Below, in pieces: positions 14,379 through 27,300 of a DNA stretch of 64,000 bases. The first letter of the stretch is position 1; each line of letters opens with the position of its first letter. The notes below the pieces were generated by a model. It saw nothing but the letters and a program-made list of their open reading frames with translations, made no database searches and was not told the DNA's origin. The translations under genes and the position numbers were made by a program. The stretch is from Catajapyx aquilonaris (taxonomy: Eukaryota): positions 1 to 64,000 of the forward strand of contig KZ538162.1 of assembly GCA_000934665.2 (NCBI GenBank). Direction: 5' to 3'.

Positions 14379-15832
14379 GATTTCTCCCGTTTGTCCACGA
14401 TATGCCGGACCCTGTTGGTTTACAGCATATAGAGACATTCAACCCAAAGCTAATACTGAAATTTATACAGAGGCTGACTAATGAACGTGCATTGTCGATG
14501 ATGTTCAGCATTAAATAACATGTTGCTTGCTCCGCTACTGATTGCCCCTGTCATTCTGTTTGATTTGTAATACAGTCCGTACACATTCGCAGCAGGTTCG
14601 ATTCAACTAGGACGCTGTATATTGTTAAACTGAAGCTCGTAACAGTTAATATCGTCGCATATATTGTTATTATGAGACTGGAAGCTAAAGGGTGGCCCGA
14701 AAGAGATTTTTCCTCTCCGCGGTGGAGTGCACAGCAAAGCACAATTTCACAAATGCGGCAGACAAGCATTCGGCGGTGTAAGGGTCCATCTGGTCATCCA
14801 ATTTGCCCCGAATCCGAACAGCAACATTTCCTACTCAACCCGTCCCGAATGTGCACACAACTGTAGGCTCGGCCGTAGAGATAGACGACACGTCCTAATC
14901 TCCCAGTCCTATCACATGCTTTGGATTCGGCGCATGGCCGATTAACTTTATTATCGTGAATGCTATTGGGATTATGCGCTGATGGCCAGGAATAAATCGC
15001 TCCCGTGCTCGAAAGAGGGCTAATTAGCGGCTATTGTCTAATTATGCTGTTGTGCCAAGTGGCAGTCAATAAAAGGGGATGCAACCCGAATTCCATCGGA
15101 AATCATCCAGCGGAACCAATCCCCCGTTTATTAGCTCCCTGTAAGTTATATTTTTGTCCAAACCGATACAAGCAATCAGGCACACCCGGTCAAACTTATG
15201 CAACCTCATATAACAAAACCCTAGTCAGCTTCCTCCACCCCCCCCCCCCCAAAAAAAAAAAATCTAGAACTACTTGCAACACTTGCACCACCGCCTTTCT
15301 CTACCCACTTTTCTTTACGAGGCAGCTTGAAGAACGGGGCCAAGATTTGTGGGTAGAGTGCACGCGCGCCCAGGGCAATATACCGCCGCACTGCGCCTCC
15401 GCCATTTTTCCTATACTGCCAGAAGGGATTCTGACCACACGGCTATTAATTATTTGGCCCGATGCGAGGCACCGACCGACGTGGTACGTCTTGCTTGGGT
15501 GTGGAAAACTGAGGGGGGGTGCCCGAATCGCTTCATGGCGCCCAAAAGGCGCGGGCTCCACAAATTAATGGACATTTTCCTCGGGAGACACTGTCATTTT
15601 CGGGGGGGCGGGCCATTCCAGCTTGAGTAGTGTTTCGCCATTAGTAAGTGAGAATGACTTGCGTCTATGATTAATAGTTAGGTTTTTTTTACGGCGGGGG
15701 GAGGGGGGTTGTTTGCAAAGAGTGATACTGATGCCCATATGATGGAAGAAAATGGAGGTTGAGCCTGTATTAACCTCAGGATTAATCCAGATCAGGTTAT
15801 GTACGCTCTAAAAATTATTTAGTTGAACTATA

Positions 15833-16052
15833 TGTTCCAAGTTCGTAGGTCATTTTTTTAAATAACTGCATGCTATCGCCCGAAGTAGTTATAAAGTAGC
15901 TTGTTGTGCCCCTTGTTGTGTTCAAGAGGGTCGAATATAGCAGTTGCTATAGAATGAGGTACCTGGTTAGGGGCACAACAAGTTACAAAAAATAACTACT
16001 TTGGGTGATATCAATTATTTAAAAAAATGACCCACAAACTTGGAACACCCTG
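15833..16052. mobile_element. Tc1/mariner-type MITE, copy 2 (inverted relative to copy 1, left terminus truncated)
   Basis: Starts TGTTCCAAGTTCGTAGGTCATTTTT and ends TTGGAACACCCTG. The reverse complement of its internal spacer (CCAGGTACCTCATTCTATAGCAACTGCTATATT) matches copy 1 (CCAGGTGCCCCATTTTGTAGCAACTGCTATATT). Confidence 0.75.
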
Positions 16053-16405
16053 TTCATTTGATTAAAATATATTTGTTAAATATTTCTGAGTTAATATCAT
16101 GGAAAAATTCAATAATAGCCACTAAATGCTACGTTTGACAATGAATCCAAAAAGCAGACTTCTATTATTGGGTTGGAAAAAGAAGCAGTCTACACAGATC
16201 CAGCAGAGGTTGGGGAATCGCACGCATTTTCTTCCTCATAATTTAGGCAAGGAACTGCCTTAATTTCCGCCATCACCTTCCATTACGAGGGTCTCCCCGT
16301 ACTTTGCATGCGCCGGGACCACCCCCATGTTTCTTGATTTACTTCGGCGGGAATGTAAGCTTTTCCACAGCGGGGCGTGATTCAACTTTTCCCCTTTTGC
16401 AGACT

Positions 16406-16408
<3 letters not shown>

Positions 16409-16437
<29 letters not shown>
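16409..16437. repeat. (GA)n microsatellite
   Basis: Pure GA run. Further GA runs occur at ~19281-19302 and ~19424-19440. Confidence 0.9.
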
Positions 16438-16441
<4 letters not shown>

Positions 16442-16944
16442 CCCTGTGGCCCACAAAAATGAAAAATAAACGGCGGCGGGGGGGTGGGGAGGGGGGGGGG
16501 GTGCAAGAATGGTGTTTCTTTTCCATTGGCGCCCGCCGCCGAGTTCACCACTGTCACCTTCGTAAAGGCTAATGTGCTGGAGCGGAGTGATAAAGAGGCC
16601 TCAGCACCAGCTCCAATGACGAGCTGAGGAACACACGGGATCACACGGAGCGCCGTAAAACTTGACGCAAAAGAAGTCGGCCGTGATTTACGCTCGCACA
16701 TTCTGATTTCGATTTCTCCAACCCAACCCTCTCTAGCAACCTTGAGGCAATCGCGTGCAAACTTTTGCATCTGATTAGCATCCAGCCCAGTTAGCGCTGT
16801 GTACATATACTGAAATGAATGAGGCTAGATTTGGGTGTTGTCAACGCCATCCAAGCCACTTCTTGAGTGCCCCAATGTAGCAGGAAAGGCCCATAAAAAC
16901 ATACTATCGTGCAGGTATAGTTGACAGCCTGTTCTGAGGTCTGC

Positions 16945-17282
16945 TCAGTATATGTTCACGGCTCTGAACACTCAACAATATTTAAGTTTAACGAACTTAA
17001 ACAATGCATCATTCAACTACATCGGTTGGTTGAAGTCACAAAGATGCAAAAGACACAAACAAAGATGCCAAAGACACAGAGACAACGAAACCCATTTATG
17101 TTCAGTATATGTTCACGGCTCTAATGTATCATACAACTACATTACTACATCGGTTGTATACAACCGTATACTCGCATAACTCGTATAACTCGTATACAAC
17201 TACATCGGTTGGTTGAAGATGCCAAAGACATAGCCAGAGACAACACAAACCCATTTCTTTTTTTCAGTGTATGTTCACAGCT
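16945..17282. repeat. Degenerate ~160-bp tandem repeat (just over 2 units)
   Basis: TCAGT(A/G)TATGTTCAC(G/A)GCT recurs at 16945, 17102 and 17264. CAACTACATCGGTTGGTTGAAG and GATGCCAAAGACA...AGAGACAAC...AAACCCATTT are repeated in each unit. Confidence 0.85.
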
Positions 17283-20265
17283 ATATTCGACAGTGTCGTA
17301 ATGAAGTATTTGAATATTGTGTCCCGTCATACCGTTTTTAATTAGGGTTGACCCAGCGGCATTGCTTCTTGTGGCACCGGATATTAATCTTGCAGAGCGT
17401 CGGTTGACCCCCCAGTTTTTGATCCTTCTACTGCCATCCTGTGCGGAGCAAACACTCTTTGTGCTTAATTAAAAGGGAGCAGAGACAAAACCCTAGCTAG
17501 TGGTATGGATTTCGATTTGAAACAGGTCTTTAGCTTCCACAGGGGGGGTGGGACGTTGGTGGCGCCCCTGTCGTCAGCGTCCGGCAGCAGTGTCACGCGA
17601 CACTCGGGCCTTAATGCTCCAAATGGCTGGCCATTTTCAACACGAGAGAGCCCGTGTTACTAGCAACCCACTCCCCCGCAAAAAGCATTTTACAGTGTAC
17701 AACTTCTCTCCTTTCAGAGAGCTGCACCAAGAAAACTGCTTTCTGAGTCTCCGTGTCGTGGTGCAGTAGATTATGAAGCGTCAAGAGAGCTTGGGGCTCA
17801 CTTGTTGAGCTGTTATACAGCTTCTAGGAGAGCAATAACTCGGCCCAAATGCTGACTATGCGGGGCCCCCCAAAAGTGCGAGATGTGATGCATGTAAGTC
17901 TAATGGTGGCGCACAGGTGTAAGTCTTTTTTTGTGTGTGGGTAGATCGATGAAGGTACCAAAAAAGAGGTGTCGAGTCCAGTTGGCAGGTGGGGTTGGTG
18001 AAGCAGAGGTGTAACTTTAGGAGCGGTGTTTCGGAAGCGGGAAGGTGGAAGTGCAGCGGTTTTGCACTCGAGACTCCGGGAGAGAAATGGCATCTGGGGA
18101 AAGGTTTGGGGGCGGACTGTTGGCAAGTCACGGAAATGGTGGCCGCCATGATTAATCTTGATGCAGGCCATTGAGCCTGGGAGTCAACTTTAGCTCCATA
18201 TTTAGAGAAAAAGGTGCTTGCGAGTACAGATTTGCACGTACATGCAAAAATCAATACCTAAATTGGAGACGGCCTCTTAAATCCTATAGGGAACGTTGCA
18301 TTTATCCACCACCAGGAAATGGTTTAATCGGCTTAACTTCCAGGGAGACATGTGTTTGAGGACGGCCAGACACTACCAGCCATTAAAATCAGCCACGGAC
18401 TGCTAAAATTGAAATTCACAGTAGAAGAGGCCCTGATTGAGTTACAGCCAACTAAATTCTAATCTGCACACAACAAAACTCGCAGCCGGTGGAAAGTAAT
18501 TATCTGTCCATACAAGACTAACTGCGCCCCCTAGAACTGATTATGCCTTGTCCTCGCCTGCAGAAATTCCACGCCAAACACACAAAACAACGTCCCTCCA
18601 CACGACACACCATGCTTTCGGTAACAATGTTGGAATTAAATCCCATCCTCTCCATACAATATAGCCGTCCGGGGGACTCGCCCATCCTCATTGTCGTCGA
18701 TATCTACACCTAACGCCCGCAATAACTTTGTACCGGCTAGTGGTGCCAAACTTGTCGCACAATTAGCATTTCCCCCCTATAGGTTGAAGGTAGCATTCTT
18801 CAGCCTGGAATGAAAGGGTAATGATGGTGGGAAGGGGGCATACAGACGGGCACTAACATGCAGCACACGAAAGCCGGGCCTTGTCGCAAGAACTGGCCAG
18901 GGATCGATGCAGCCGCTTCCTGTACAACACTCCAGAAATAATTAGCCCGCCGAATTATTAATTTTTTTTAACCCGCCCACGAACGAACACCTCCCAGACC
19001 CCCTCTACTACGCACGGATCACTCACCCCCCTAACAAACGTGCCAATTACACCTTCACCTGTATCTCGACTTCCTATATTTTTTTGTTCACCTTCAGGTC
19101 CCCTCAAATTAAACTGACGTGAAACTCGTACCCCTACCAATGTTGATAAGACATCCGTTGGCCCGTCATTCAGACACGTCTTATAAAACCAGTATTAATA
19201 TAAGGCATTAGAAGTACTAGCAAGGGCGTTGGAGATCGATCCGGCTGTTTTCACCCTCAACTGGCAAAAGCTCTAGGAGTAGAGAGAGAGAGAGAGAGAG
19301 AGAAAAAGGTGGGTTCTAGAATTCCAGCCGCACTGCTCCCATGCTGCATGAATGGGAATGACTCAAAGTGCGCCCACCGCAATAGATGGCGAGTTCCCCA
19401 GGGATTGGGACGCGTTGGACGAAGAGAGAGAGAGAGAGAGGAAGAAGAGAGGAAGAGCCGCAGCCTTTTGTTCCCAATTGTCTTTGAGAAAGGCCCGCAT
19501 TATTCCCTTCTGCACTTTGCTTGATTGCAGGGTGCACATCGACCCTCGTCAAATAAGCCTCTTTTTTTTTGTTACTCCTCTTTCTTTCCACTCCTGCCCT
19601 TTCACAGTCCAACAAGGTACTCGGGGAGGGACATTTTGAATCTCGTCCCGCAGTGGGTTACCAGACACCGGAGTGATGGGTTGCATACGACCGAGGATGC
19701 TATCGAGCTGTTATTATTTGTATAGCGATACGGTTTGGGCTGATAGATTTTTTTTTTTCTTTCAATAAAAGGTTTTCTTCGTGATTGCGTGGGTTTTCCC
19801 TGGGTGATTGATGAAGTGGTGCAGCTCAAAAAAACAATAAGAGGGCACAAGCATGTCAGGGAGCACAATTTAATTCGGAACATAATTGATTAGCGAATTG
19901 CACCATTCCGGTGAATTGATAAGGGTATAGACTGAAAGGAAGTTTAATTCACTCAAAAATGGAAAGATATTGCAAGAACTGGATTTATTTATTTATTTAT
20001 TTTATTTATTGAAATAATTCACAAATTAAGATGAATTTGGCTAATTATAATGGACAATGGATGTTGCTAATTTGAAAGTACAGTAATATAAACAAATCCA
20101 GTCTTGCATAGTGAACTGCCCTAATCCACATATAAGCGTCAATATAAGCAATATAAGCGTCATTTTTATTTTCAGCTAAGTGAATTGAATCGTGGCTAAT
20201 TAAAGTTGACTGGGATGGAATTGTATGGAATCCGAGTGCCCAGTGCATTGAATCAATTCAATTTA

Positions 20266-20334
20266 AAGTTTATTGTGCCTATCTCTGATAATTGCTAATG
20301 TATAATAATTATCAGAGATAGGCACAATAAACTT
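20266..20334. repeat. Perfect 28-bp inverted repeat (69-nt hairpin)
   Basis: AAGTTTATTGTGCCTATCTCTGATAATT (20266-20293), a 13-nt loop, then its exact reverse complement (20307-20334). Confidence 0.95.
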
Positions 20335-20377
20335 ATTAACGTATTAAACGTATAATTTCTTCATTATTGTTACTACT

Positions 20378-20720
20378 GCGGGGAGATGAAGTGGCGCCGC
20401 GGTAACGCGCGCGCCCACGGATATGAAGGTCCCGGGTTCAATCCCCACCCGGGGTTGCCACCTTTATCTGTGCAGAGTTGGGCCATCTCTGGCTTCATTT
20501 CGAGTGGAAATATCCTAAAGACTAATCCACCCGGGGGAGTTCACAAAATGACCACTCAACGACAGCGCACACGCACTTTGCACATCCCCTCCCACCTACC
20601 CTTGGAGTAAACTAATAAGATCCTTCTTAACTCGCTCCAACAAATCCCGATGGTGGTAATCCACCCCCCCCCCAGGAGTAACTAGCTCCCCAAGTGGGGT
20701 AATGAAAAAAATAAAAATAA
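20378..20720 (+). mobile_element. tRNA-derived SINE, full length, with 15-bp TSD
   Basis: A-box-like TGGCGCCGCGG (20392-20402), B box GGTTCAATCCC (20435-20445) and an A-rich 3' tail. Flanking direct repeats ATTATTGTTACTACT (20363-20377) and ATTGTTGTTACTACT (20721-20735). Confidence 0.85.
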
Positions 20721-22796
20721 ATTGTTGTTACTACTCGAAAATACTAGTCGCTAAAATTAGGACGCACGCTTATAAACTACCGTAATGTAGGATGGTCAAA
20801 CATTATACTCGCAATGTGTCAAGTTTGAAATTCAACTCAATTCAGGGCCTGAATGAAAATCTTTTACCAGATAATATTTTGATAAGCAGCTTAGTGCCAA
20901 AAACCAATTTCAGTCAAAACCCCCCTGCATTTTGACCCAAACAACATTCGAGTAATTTCAACTAGCAGACTTCCGGGTATTTCCATCCCAAAGTCCAGCA
21001 AGCGAGTGGACACATCGCACTCCCAACCCAGCCTAATCTTCCCCAGTCTGACAACAGGACACAGCAGCGAAACGGAAGATCGTAATGAAGCCTGAAGGCT
21101 ATTCACCCCTGCGACACACACCTTCTTCTTCCCCCACCCCACCCTCATTTCTCTCTGTCTGTGTCTCCATCCGAGCGTCCGCCTCCTTTTCTCTTTTGGC
21201 TCCCTTTTCCGCTCACTTAGAGCCTCCCTTTTCTCCCCATCCAAAGAACTAATTATCCTTCCAAAAAGGATCGCCTACTTGGGATTACTTTTCTGAAAGG
21301 AAACCGTCCTTGTTCTTTCAGGGCGCGAGTGGCTGACGTCAAGGTGGGTGGAGGGGGAAGGCGAAGAAGACGCGAAACAAAACGCTACCAGAGAGACCCT
21401 CCTAAGAGGTACGCCATGTCACCAATTCCCTCAGATATTATTTTCACTCCATTCGGACCCACAATTTTTGTTCCCCTCCAGCTACTGTCATCCACCTTTT
21501 TTACTATATATAATTAGGCGAGACTTTTTCTTCCCGTTTGACTTACATACACTTGCTTTCTTCCTAATGGAGATGGAACTTTGGGAGGGATAATTAACCG
21601 ACCCTGCAAACTCCCAAGAGGATCTGGACCATTGATGATTTTTTTCCCCCCCCCCTGAGTCAACGACATATCAGAGGAAAAAGGAAACAGGGGAGGAAAA
21701 TTTTCCTCCCTTCAACATCGTCCCCTGCTTCTCTTTCCTCATACGGTACTCGAGTTATAAAGCTTTGCCGCAAGAGGCAGCTAGGGTTCTTCTATTCAGC
21801 GTTGAAAGAGAGTGAACAGCAGATGGAACGTGAAAAGCCCTGGGGAAGGGAAGCGCCATTTGTGAAACACGAGGATTCCACTCACTCCCGACGCCCAAAG
21901 GGTTTGCCGGATTCTTTTCTAATGAAAAGCTTTACAAAAATTGTTATTTTAAGCTGCGGAAAAGGGGTTGGCCAACCGTGTGTATACCGATGCTTCTGGG
22001 GACTTGGCTTCATTAACAAACAAGAAGAGAGAGAGAAGGGGGGGGGGGGGNNNGGGGGGGGGGGGGTGTGCGGAAATGGATGTTTTGCTGCCTCTTTTCT
22101 TACATTGTTCGGGCTCTGAGGGAGCTGTACAGTGTTCTAGAACCAGGCCTGGTTGTGTTATATGAATAACCAGCCGGAAGCCATATCCGCATAATCTCTC
22201 GGCGGTAAATTGCAGATCATTGACATCACCATGGAGGTACAGTCATCCCGACCGATGTGGGTAGAATCTGCCGGATTAAAGGGCGACCATGACGGACTTT
22301 GGCTAATGAGATCATTTAATGTTGTATTATACTTACTCCGGTTTTTTTTTAGCCCGCTGGCAAAGCGCAAGAGAGATATTTCGAACCGGCGCACAATCCT
22401 ATCGGAATATGTAAAACCGCACGGAGGAGTAATTCTACCTATTGGGCATGATTTTAAAGGGATGACGAATGCGGATTTGTTGCACTGTACATGTTCTGGC
22501 GGAAAATCAGATTATTTCTGCAACTTGATTAAATTCCAATGTTATTTACCCAGTACCATTTTTTTTGGAGTGTGTTGCAGGACATGTGAACATATACAGG
22601 AAAAACCCACCAAGTTATACACTATATACGTACAGTACGAGTATACACCTCTATGTAGCATTGTTTCTGCTTTGATGATTCACAATGCGCCTACAAGCTA
22701 GATTTTTTTCTGTCTTCACTAGCATGTAAGTGCATGGATGTTTGATCTTATACTGTATGCCCACGATATACTGTACTTGAAATGTAGGCTGACTAA

Positions 22797-22929
22797 GGGC
22801 CAGTTTCACCAAGCTCAGTATATTATAAATCCGAGATTCTTTTCGAAAAATTCTGTTTTCATTGTTGACAACAATGGTTGCTTTGGAAACCGAGGTTCTA
22901 AGTTATGCTGAGCTCGGTGAAACTGGCCC
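22797..22929. mobile_element. PIF/Harbinger (Tourist-like) MITE, 133 bp
   Basis: TIRs GGGCCAGTTTCACC(A/G)AGCTCAG (22 bp, 1 mismatch) at both ends, with a 3-bp TAA target duplication at 22794-22796 and 22930-22932. Confidence 0.85.
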
Positions 22930-24244
22930 TAAAAATTAAAATTTCATGACATGTCCTTCCAAAAGCCACGTTCCACACCAGTAGTGCCCTAGAAAATTCC
23001 TAGATGTTTCTTTTACCATTAGTTCTGTCAAACTAATTGCTTTACAAGAAAGGAAGGCCTGCGCCTTTCCGCTCTATTACCACACGAGCGCCAAAGGTCT
23101 AAGCTATATTGGTAAGTAAATCGAGGCCAGCGAGAGGCTTTTCCATCTTCGTTCCGGGTGTTTATGAAAAGCAAAATGGAAGCAGCAGGGGAACCGAGTT
23201 TTCGATAAGTGAACTCGGACGCCTGGCTGCGCTTTTCAGGCTACCTACTGCTTACGGATTTTGACCTGGCGGCGACGCCTCTATATACGTAATCGATTTC
23301 CTACATGTCCTGGGCCCCCTCCTTTGCTTTGCCATTTTTTTGTACCTTAATCCTCTTCCAAGTTCAAGACTTTGGCCATGTGTATGGATCAAGTGGTTTC
23401 TCAGAGGGGAATTCTCNNNNNNNNNNNNNNNGGGGGGGGGGGGGGGCGCTTGAAAAATTCCCATTCCGTCACTCCAAGCTTCATTTCCAGTAATTGCAGA
23501 GATACTTGGTTATGCATCCCAAAACCGCATCCACACTGCATTTTTTAAACCAGGCGCAAAAACCGGCAGATGTACCCGGGGCACTTGCAACGTAAAAAAA
23601 TATGCGCATGAGCGTCAGCGTAACAGGTTTTAGCAAGTTTATGGACCACCACATAATTTCATAATGTGCCACGATCAACCCTGTTTTAGCTACAAGCTAC
23701 AAGAGTATTCAGATATGACGCAATTTTATTAGGAACAGCCGTGATGCAAAGTGACAACCGTTTTTTTTTCTCTCCCCCCCAAAAAAAGAGGTAGTGTTGA
23801 CCAAGTAAACCAATTTCCAGGCTCCAATTTGGGGTCCAAAATCCCCCAATCCCTGCGCAATCCCGTCGTAAATGAGTGACTAGGCCCAGCTTCATCTGGA
23901 AAGCTTCCTAGGGGTCAGCTTTCAATAACCCCTACGACTGTTCAGGCCGTGACGTAGAGCTATGGGGGGTGTAATCCCCTCTGCGTTCTATCCCCCTAGG
24001 CATAGGGTTCCCCAAATTCACCCCCCCCCCCCCTGAGCCTAATCGAAGGGACATAATAAGAGGACAAACATGAGGATCCGGTCCTGCATTGTAGTAAAAG
24101 ACCGCGGGGGATCTCGGAACATGTATCACGACACTATCGCGTGTATCTCCTCCAGGAAAACAGACTAATTTAATCCCAGTCTACGTGAGTCTTATATTAC
24201 CTTGGCAACGTTACCCTCTGATATATTTTTTTTGTCTGTTTCAG

Positions 24245-24333
24245 GACCTAATCCTATAAGAGACCGTTTAGGCAGAGTCATCAACCGATCGATGTCTATT
24301 GGTCACGATCGTGATAACTCGAGACACGGTTTG
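24245..24333 (+). other. Candidate 89-nt exon (host transcript unknown)
   Basis: Strong acceptor (T-run followed by GTCTGTTTCAG) and donor TTG|GTGAGC. One open frame reads PNPIRDRLGRVINRSMSIGHDRDNSRHGL, which I do not recognise. Confidence 0.3.
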
Positions 24334-27300
24334 GTGAGCATATAGTGTCATTGCACGACTAACTAACACACGGTCGCACGGTCGCATGAGCAGACTACAT
24401 AATTAAGAAATGCTTTCCTCATGGCAGGATTAAAAATAATATTTCATGCATGCGTGCACTCTAGCGCATATATCCTGAGGTTCACATAATAAAGTCATGG
24501 TGCGCACCATTTGCCAGTAGGCCTGTTAGTACAAGGCCCCCTTTTTCACTAAACAAAAGCACGTAACAACACCATTATAAATACATATCTGCCGGAGGAC
24601 CGCTTTGAAATCCATATCAACACAATGTGAGGCAAACTGTTAACTGCGAGTGCGCAATACTGATGTCCCCCCCCCCACCCCCCCCCNNNNNNNNNNNCCC
24701 CCCCCCCCAAAAAAAAAGGTGTCTTGTAGCCTCAGATTTCCCCATGGAAAATGGCAAAAACCACACCGGCAAAGACCGGTACCCCCCAAAAACTGGGTTT
24801 GGAATCGGTCCCCCCCTCCGGTAAAGCCTTGGACGTGATCAATGCCCAGCGAGCAAACTATCAGATTATCGAGGGAGTCGATCCAACTCTAAGCCCCATT
24901 CCCTGGGACTTTGTCTCATAATTTATTCATCGAGATTTGGGCCTCAATCCGAGGTTCTTTTCCTCTAGGCCAAAAGGGAGGAAGTGACGTCATTAATGGG
25001 ATCTCTTCCCCCCCCCCCCCCCTTTCCTTTTCCCCCCTCCTTTAGCCCGCATGTTGNTAGCACGCATGTTGCGGCAATGTTTAGCGGGATTTGAAGGGGG
25101 GGGGGGTGTTAGTCATTGGCCTAGGTCACTTTACAAAATGGATTGCATTGCAAATCGATGCAGATTTGACTCGGCTCTGGAGCGAATCTTCACGCTCGTG
25201 CTGGAGGAGGCTAATGGTGCAATCTATCCTTACTATTGGATACACTATGTCATTTTTTTCCCCCCCTAGGCTGTCTTAGGATTAGAAAGACATGCGCTAG
25301 GTGGATAATGTTGACATTTGTCACAACGATTGAAAATCCGGCTTTTTTTTTGTGAACTATTGAAATTGAAACTGCAAATGGAGTGTGTAACCGAGGCACG
25401 AAAAAAAAAAGGGGGGGGGGGGTAATGCCAGGAGCTTTCCAGTTAAAGGAAGGACATTAAGGAGATTTATTTTGTTGTTTTATTGGCCATCGCCCAATGA
25501 GTTGCAAGTGAAATGGGTACGTTTGTCTTGTAGAAGAGGACGCGAGTTGGAAGGTGGAGAACCTGCTAGAACCAATTTTTTTTTTTTGGTAAGAAGGTTC
25601 AGCCATCTTGAAGAAACTCAACACTTGAGTCACGTCCGCAAGGTCGTTTCTTTGCCTCGTTCTCCCTTTACCTGTTCGTAAATGACTTAATGGTAATTAC
25701 ATTAGTCTTAAGAGCGTAATTGGTCCTAAAAGTAGTTAAAGGCTGACTAGCATCTGTCAGCACAAAAAAGAAATCCACGTGTAAATTAACTATAAACATC
25801 GATCCTTACTGGCCCTTTAAAAGTGGCTTAAAGGAGTGCAAAGTCAGTCCATAAAACCAGAGCCAGAGAATATTTAAAAAAAACGCTTTCGAATAAACAA
25901 GCTCCTTTGCCCTCATCAACTATATCAAACGTCAACAACACTTTTTCCTGCCCTCCAGTGCCCAAACCGGTTCATCAATTCTTAAATTATTGTAATGATA
26001 CAACAATCCGGCCGTAATAACACCCGCGGGTAAAAATTGCAGGGCGTGCAAGCTCCAAACCCCCTCATCTATCATTAATTAAATTATGGCCAATATGGAA
26101 TATTGTGCATCGGACTAGCTGTTTGTGTCACGGGCCACGCCCCTCTCAGTTTTTTTTCCCCACCCTCATTCTCTCTCCACATTGAACACATTCGCATCCA
26201 ACCGTAATTATGGTTATATTATGTGACGTCATCGTATACTCCAATCACGTACCCTTATGTGAAGAGAACAGGTGAGAAAAATGTCTTTTGCACACAAAAA
26301 AGTTTGAGCATTTGTATTCAGACGGGGCTGAATAATGGCTTTTGGGGGGAGTTCGGGTTCCGCTAGAAGGACTTTATTACTAAACTTGTGAAAATTTAAG
26401 TCTCCGCTCGGCATTAGGATTTTCAATAACAGCACTTGCCATCCTTTAGCATTACGGTGATAGATTGATCAGACGGAGAGGAAGCTAAAGCAAGGGCTTT
26501 ACTCCTTATCCCTTCCGCCATAGATACTGCAGACTGTAGAAAGTGATGGGAGTTGAAGCATACTACAGGAACGAACTCATTTCTAGGACCTGGTTTCAAG
26601 GAGGCCTAGGTATCACCTAGTTGTAAAAAAAAAAAAATGTCAATATTGACACTGCGGGTTGTACAGTATACGCAATATTCCGCACGAAAAGTTGGAGAAA
26701 GAGAAGGTTTTGAGACTGTCAATAGCTGCTGGTATATCCTGGGCATACAAGTAAAATCCATATATCAATTTTGTTGCTTTTGAGTTATTTGCATAAGTAT
26801 TTTTTCTGCAATATCGCCTAAAGATTAATATACAATGAGCCAGCTAGCCAGAACTTTCTATTTTCACTTTGGATGATCTCGAAACTGTTTTTTTTTTTTT
26901 TCGAACAGTGGATTTCACTCTAGTATGGCTACAGTGTGCAATTTACGGATGTACATCATGCATGACGTTCCTATAGAAGAAAATCACTGCCGAATTCAAT
27001 AATTCATAAGTCTGGTCTTATCTTTCTTGTTACCGGCACGAAAGGATATGTGCCATTTGCTGACTCGACCCGGTCAATGCACAACTGCCAGAAAAACCGG
27101 GCCAACAAGAATTTTGCCAACTTGTTGAAGATGTGATCTCACATCCCGGATATTCTGCATGTCTTATTACCTATTCAAATTGCTCTCTAAAAAAAATACG
27201 CACTTTGCCCCCCATTAACCCCCCCATATTCATTAGGCACCAAAAAAATATATCCAGATTGCATGTAATAGGCATTTTGTAGAGAGGTCCTGAAGATGGA

